From Nitrospirales bacterium (GTDB lineage: Bacteria > Nitrospirota > Nitrospiria > Nitrospirales > UBA8639), in contig CBDBCZ010000019.1 of assembly GCA_965203295.1 (NCBI GenBank), positions 320,001 through 384,000 of the forward strand: a stretch of DNA of 64,000 nucleotides, in the 5' to 3' direction. Every line of letters begins with the position of its first letter. The stretch's first letter is position 1. Position numbers and translations under genes: made by a program. This document shows, in pieces, positions 59,337 to 64,000 of the stretch. The notes beneath the pieces were generated by a model. The model was not told where the DNA came from. It saw only the letters and a program-made list of their open reading frames with translations, and did no database searches.

Positions 59337-59650
59337 GAGACTTTCTCGTCCCATTCTATAGATATTCCTATCATTAGAAAAATTTCTACGACAGAATGCG
59401 ACTTTATCTTCTTGGAACAGTGAATTTTTATCCCAGAATCACAGAGGGCGTTTTGTCGGAATTAAGAACACTCTAGCCAATTCAGGAATCTTTCCCTACG
59501 CTGAATGAATCTTAGAGTGAATGGTGGAGGCCTAGTGGGAAGGATGAAAGAACTTGTGCTTCTCGATAGGTTGACTCCATTTATGGCGGCTTTTACGAAG
59601 CACGGAAATTCATTCAGGAAAGGAAGAAAGAGAGACTCTTTCCCAATAAC

Positions 59651-60415
59651 ATGATGGGGATTTCAACACGCGTTCAGTCCTGGCTTGCGAGCCTTGTGGG
59701 TATTCCCTTCCTTACGCCGGACCCGCCTAATGGGCGGGCTGCTGATTGGAAACGTGAGGATCCTGATCGGCAAGTCGATCGTGATCACATGGTCCAAACT
59801 CAGATTATCGGGCGTGGGGTCAGAGACGAGGCGGTTTTGGCAGCCATGTATCAGGTCCCACGACACCGGTTTATTCCAGAGGCGTATGGTGATTCTGCCT
59901 ATGAGGACCATCCCATTCCAATCGGGGAAGGTCAGACCATTTCCCAACCCTACATTGTGGCGTACATGACGCAAACCTTCACCCTTCACAAAACGGACAG
60001 GATTCTGGAAATTGGGACGGGAACGGGATACCAGGCAGCGGTCTTGGCCCATCTTGTTTCTCACGTGTATACGATCGAAATCGTAGAAAGCTTGGGCCTT
60101 CGTGCCAAAGATAATTTTCAAGCATTGGGCTATGCCAACATTGACGTTCGGATTGGAGATGGTTATCAAGGCTGGCCAGAACAGGCTCCCTTTGATGCCA
60201 TTATTCTTACGGCGGCCCCAACGCACATTCCTCCAGCGCTGCTAAGCCAAATGAAAATTGGAAAGAGGTTGATTTTGCCGATGGGCAGTTTTTCTCAGGA
60301 GCTTATCTTGGTCCATAAGACCATAAGAGGATACCAGCAGAAGCAACTGCTGCCTGTTTCATTCGTGCCTATGACGGGAAAAGCAAAGACTCAAGGGGCC
60401 TATGATAGCCCTTGA
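59651..60415 (+). CDS. pcm: Protein-L-isoaspartate O-methyltransferase
   Basis: VPRHRF, GQTISQPYIVA, LEIGTGTGYQAA and FVPM motifs. Confidence 0.93.
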   Translation: MMGISTRVQSWLASLVGIPFLTPDPPNGRAADWKREDPDRQVDRDHMVQTQIIGRGVRDEAVLAAMYQVPRHRFIPEAYGDSAYEDHPIPIGEGQTISQPYIVAYMTQTFTLHKTDRILEIGTGTGYQAAVLAHLVSHVYTIEIVESLGLRAKDNFQALGYANIDVRIGDGYQGWPEQAPFDAIILTAAPTHIPPALLSQMKIGKRLILPMGSFSQELILVHKTIRGYQQKQLLPVSFVPMTGKAKTQGAYDSP

Positions 60416-60492
60416 GGCAAATTGTTTCCCAAAACTTGTTCAACAAATAACCGCAATATATGAGTTGACTACGAGAAATAGGAGGACGAGGA

Positions 60493-61041
60493 ATGCAGAA
60501 AATCCATTCGGAAATTCCTTCCTTTCAAAAGATTGCGAGTGTCTTGATACTAGGGATTTCAGGGGTATTTGGATGTATTGATGACCCCAAAGCTGCGGAG
60601 AACCTTCCTCAAGTCACCATTCTCCCGTTAGAGCAGGCGAAAGAAGCTGCTGCAGCTTCCCTGGCCAAGTGTGAAAAGGATGGCTATCAGGTCAGTGTCG
60701 CTGTTGTGGACCGAGGTGGGAACCTCAAAGTTCTCCTGCGAGGTGATGGAGCAGGTCCCCATACAACCGATAGTAGTACACGGAAAGCGTACACATCGGC
60801 CAGCCTTCGCCGATCGACGATTGAGTTGGCCGCCTTAATTCATAAAATCCCCACGATTGAGGGATTACGTGACATGAATGAAAAGATTCTTATCCTTGGA
60901 GGGGGGCTACCCGTTACGATAAGCGGGGAAGTCCTCGGGGGGATTGGTGTAGGAGGAGCACCGGGTGGACATCTTGATGACGCTTGTGCTCGAGAAGGGT
61001 TGAAGGCGATCGGAGCTTTGGGAAGTTCGACGGAAAAGTAA
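60493..61041 (+). CDS. GlcG/HbpS-family heme-binding protein (possible lipoprotein)
   Basis: VSVAVVDRGG, KAYTS and GGIGVGG motifs. Confidence 0.88.
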   Translation: MQKIHSEIPSFQKIASVLILGISGVFGCIDDPKAAENLPQVTILPLEQAKEAAAASLAKCEKDGYQVSVAVVDRGGNLKVLLRGDGAGPHTTDSSTRKAYTSASLRRSTIELAALIHKIPTIEGLRDMNEKILILGGGLPVTISGEVLGGIGVGGAPGGHLDDACAREGLKAIGALGSSTEK

Positions 61042-61177
61042 GGACTCGTCTGTTCAGGTTTCTTTCTTCTCGGGAAGTGTTGCTTAAATCTCCTCTACGG
61101 CTAAGAGGATTCAACCAAATGTCGACGGCCTAGGCACCTAGCAGTTGTTGAAAAACTCAAAACTTCCCAACATCCTG

Positions 61178-62092
61178 CTATGGTTCTTGAAGTTCGTGGG
61201 TCGGCTTAATATCAAGCGGTTCACCCAGAGCTCCCAATCCAAAATGAGGTTTCTCAACCAGGGTGGTATGACGGCTCTGGTAGTTGGTAGAGGCCTCGAA
61301 TTCAAACCGCGTCTTGAGAGTCTCATCCGCTAACACCACAACCTTCATATCCAAAATCCCGCGCATGCCTGGATGCCAGGCAACCAAGGTATACATTCCT
61401 TCAGGAATGTCCGTAATCGAAAAATTTCCCTGCTCATCGGTGATCGGATAATACGGATTGGTGACAGCTATTCCCCAAGATTGCATATAAGCGTGGAACC
61501 CGCATTCAAAGAAAAAGATACGACGCCCTTTGGAAAACCGAATCGTATCGACGAGAGTCTCTCCCGGAAGGTGTTCATGGTTTTGCAGGCTATCCTTGGG
61601 ATGATGAGGATTAAGGCGGAGTGGTCGATGGAACATCACCTCGGATCCAAAAGGAGCCGTCTCATACAGTTGGACATCGTGAAGAATTGGGTCCATGTTC
61701 ACAACTCTAATTTCAGAATTGTCTCGAACAACGTTCACGTTCGGTGAGAGAGTGCAGTCTTCAGCCTCGATGGTGGGAACAGTCACTTCGAAGGGTTTAC
61801 CATGATGAATACCCTCGAGCATGACGACGGTGTCTTGTAATCCTCCATCAGGGGCTACCTGAAATTCGTCTAGCAGCCGCCATCCCTTTCCATTTGATAT
61901 CCGACCACAAAATACTGGTTCGGGAAAGGTTACGAGATTAAATGCCTGAGGGTTCGGTTTTTCCCCATTCAGAATCACTTTTCCGGTTATGGACCCGCCA
62001 TTGGAAACAGCTCCTTCGTTATAAGACCAAGCTGGAGAAGCCCATACGAAAAGAGTGCTTAGGATAAGGATTTTCAACAGATTGTTCGTCAA
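61178..62092 (-). CDS. Secreted carboxypeptidase-regulatory-like / cupredoxin-like domain protein
   Basis: Signal peptide, N.DPILH, ECGFHAYM and GMYTLVAWHP motifs. Confidence 0.7.
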   Translation of the reverse strand: MTNNLLKILILSTLFVWASPAWSYNEGAVSNGGSITGKVILNGEKPNPQAFNLVTFPEPVFCGRISNGKGWRLLDEFQVAPDGGLQDTVVMLEGIHHGKPFEVTVPTIEAEDCTLSPNVNVVRDNSEIRVVNMDPILHDVQLYETAPFGSEVMFHRPLRLNPHHPKDSLQNHEHLPGETLVDTIRFSKGRRIFFFECGFHAYMQSWGIAVTNPYYPITDEQGNFSITDIPEGMYTLVAWHPGMRGILDMKVVVLADETLKTRFEFEASTNYQSRHTTLVEKPHFGLGALGEPLDIKPTHELQEP

Positions 62093-62487
62093 GTATATGC
62101 CTCTTAGGTTAGAGATGGATTAATCGATACAGATTTAGACATGCTACGCAAAACGACCCTGCACTTTCTAGGGCTCTACCAGAGTATCTCACTACCCTAC
62201 CAAATTACGTGCCTAATGCGATCATCTTGGTTTTATTGAGATTTTGGTGAAAAATGAATGAAAAACAGATTGACTTTGTTGCATTTCTCTACAAAAGAAA
62301 AGAAGAGCGAGGAACCAGAATGCCACAGGTTCCACAAGAAGTAGGACACTTGAAAAACTTTGAGAAGACAAAAAAGAAACGAACACCTGGAGAGTCCTTC
62401 ATTGAAGAAGGCCATGGTGGTTGGCATACTATTACTCCAATTGGCTTATCGTTAGATGCTGGTACTGTACAACCATGAGGTTTCCAC

Positions 62488-62883
62488 ATGGGTCCAACCA
62501 AAGTCATCGTAAAAGACGGGTCACTCTTTGACGCTAAAACAGGAAAGTTAATCAAAGAAGGGCTGACAACGCATAAAGATATTTAGGACTATGCAAAGCA
62601 TCATTACATCGTCTTACCGGTCGTCGATAAAGCCTGCCAACATTGGACTCTCGATGGACAACCCGTCTACTGCTTACAAGGCAGCAGGTTTGAAACAGTC
62701 AAGAATGAAGTCGTCCGTCTCGCCCGGTGCCCTGATTGTGGAGGTATGGGGATTCGCGATGACGAACCGATAGTAGAATCAGACTGCATCCGATGCGTCA
62801 AATGTGGTCATGAATTTGATGCTAGGTTGGAAATGATGAAAAGTTATTGTCCGTTTGCATGTATTACTTGCCCAATTTCTTGA
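62488..62883 (+). pseudogene. Zn-ribbon protein (CPDC/CVKC) with an in-frame TAG at 62584, missed by the ORF track
   Basis: MGPTKVIVKDG...HKDI*DYAKHHYIVLP...RCPDCGG...RCVKCGHEF after a GAGG RBS. Confidence 0.7.
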
Positions 62884-63163
62884 TCGGTGCGTAGATGAAG
62901 CGGCAAAGCGTTCATTTCCCGAGGCCGAATTCCAAGATTATTTACGGGACACACAGACCAAGGCAACAGAACTTCTGTCAACCAACCGAGTGGTTAAAGA
63001 AAAGATTCAACAGGAATTTGACCGAATCATGAGTCTGGGAAAGGCCTGTGCTGAAGGGAAAGCCAATGAAGTTGACAAGAGTCAACTGGAAAAAGAACGA
63101 GAAACGCTCAAGATCAAAACCCTGACCCTCAGCGATTTATTAGCCGTCTTCCGGTCGATATAG
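62855..63163 (+). CDS. Hypothetical helical protein
   Basis: 102-aa ORF with a protein-like composition; start uncertain. Confidence 0.55.
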   Translation: MHVLLAQFLDRCVDEAAKRSFPEAEFQDYLRDTQTKATELLSTNRVVKEKIQQEFDRIMSLGKACAEGKANEVDKSQLEKERETLKIKTLTLSDLLAVFRSI

Positions 63164-63235
63164 TCTGAGTTGTTTATAGATTAAGATGGTGAATCCAGCG
63201 TCAGGATCATGAAGTGCAGACTGAGAGTGCGGCCT

Positions 63236-64000
63236 TCAAAAAGGCAACTTGAACCCACGTGGCAAGGCTTTCTTGGGCAGTCCCTTTTCTTCCAGGATCT
63301 TTAGCAGATCGTTTTCTTCTGTCAGTCGGTCGGTTAACCCCTCACTAATAGAACCGAGCCCTCCTAAATCGGTGTTCAGGCCTTTCAGCGGCCCCGCCAC
63401 CCTTGCGGAAATGGCGGATTGGAGGTCCTTGCCGAAGCCGGTGGCTAAATTCTTCACCATTTTCCCGGCGGCTTCCTGCAAAATACGGTCAAGATCCGAA
63501 CTGAGCTTCAGGTCATAATGCTGAATGGTCCCGGTCACAGTGGCTTTTACCGACATGGCAGAAATATCAGAAATCGCTGAACTCAGCGCGTTGGTTAAAG
63601 GATTGGAATCACCTGCTTGCCCTGCTGATACGCGTAACGCGGATAATTTGCTAGTGCCCGTGGCCGTGATCGCTTCGCCCTGCAGCTCAGCATCAACATT
63701 CACATCGGCTAATCCTTTATCTACGGCCACGGGCCAGTCTGGTTGATTGGATAGCGACACTTTTTCTAGACGATAGCCTGTGGCTTGAAATCGGAAATTA
63801 TCAGTAGATTGAGACGCGTCCCGATGATCCAATGTGCCGTTCAGCGTCATGCCCTGGAGACCTTTGAGTTGGTCGCCGGAGAATGCCAGGGTAAGAGGTG
63901 TACCAAGGGTCGCCTGATCAGGAGTGATGTTTTCGATCGTTCCAGTGATTTTACCGACATCTAAAAATACGGACACGTTGGCCAAACGAATGAGAAATTC
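63236..64000 (-). CDS. TIGR03545/AsmA-like protein, C-terminal part (runs off the window)
   Basis: Beta-rich region, then LSSDLD and a helical tail ending KLPF. Confidence 0.55.
   Translation of the reverse strand, partial: EFLIRLANVSVFLDVGKITGTIENITPDQATLGTPLTLAFSGDQLKGLQGMTLNGTLDHRDASQSTDNFRFQATGYRLEKVSLSNQPDWPVAVDKGLADVNVDAELQGEAITATGTSKLSALRVSAGQAGDSNPLTNALSSAISDISAMSVKATVTGTIQHYDLKLSSDLDRILQEAAGKMVKNLATGFGKDLQSAISARVAGPLKGLNTDLGGLGSISEGLTDRLTEENDLLKILEEKGLPKKALPRGFKLPF

Noticed and set aside
24200..62883. Stop-codon reassignment or readthrough explaining the in-frame stops
   Set aside because: TAA, TAG and TGA all occur as lesions, all three also end intact genes, and frameshifts co-occur in the same genes

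Overview
The window has two unrelated halves. Bases 1 to about 24,200 are AT-rich, intron-containing animal DNA, most likely sponge or another early-branching invertebrate (inferred from the short MITE families and tiny GT-AG introns). This half holds the 3' end of ARL6IP4 (+), a long (TG)n microsatellite, several MITEs and a giant multi-exon RNF213/mysterin-like AAA+ gene (-) that splices in frame onto a C-terminal SAM-domain exon. From about 24,200 to the end the DNA is bacterial, most consistent with a Nitrospirales genome and plausibly a sponge symbiont (inference). It contains a decayed integrative island ending in xis/int at the 5' end of tRNA-Arg(TCG), two inverted copies of an internally deleted IS3, two RRM genes and two CBS genes, a Gld-type ABC operon, ordinary metabolic genes and an initiator tRNA-fMet split by a complete 280-nt group I intron. 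Many bacterial genes carry nonsense or frameshift lesions. Best leads: (1) a conserved candidate pseudoknot leader RNA 185-186 nt upstream of both RRM genes; (2) the tRNA-fMet group I intron with an enlarged L1; (3) the host/bacterium junction; (4) an uncharacterised membrane protein/lipoprotein/coiled-coil cassette in the island; (5) the RNF213-SAM architecture. No database searches were run; family calls come from motif recognition.
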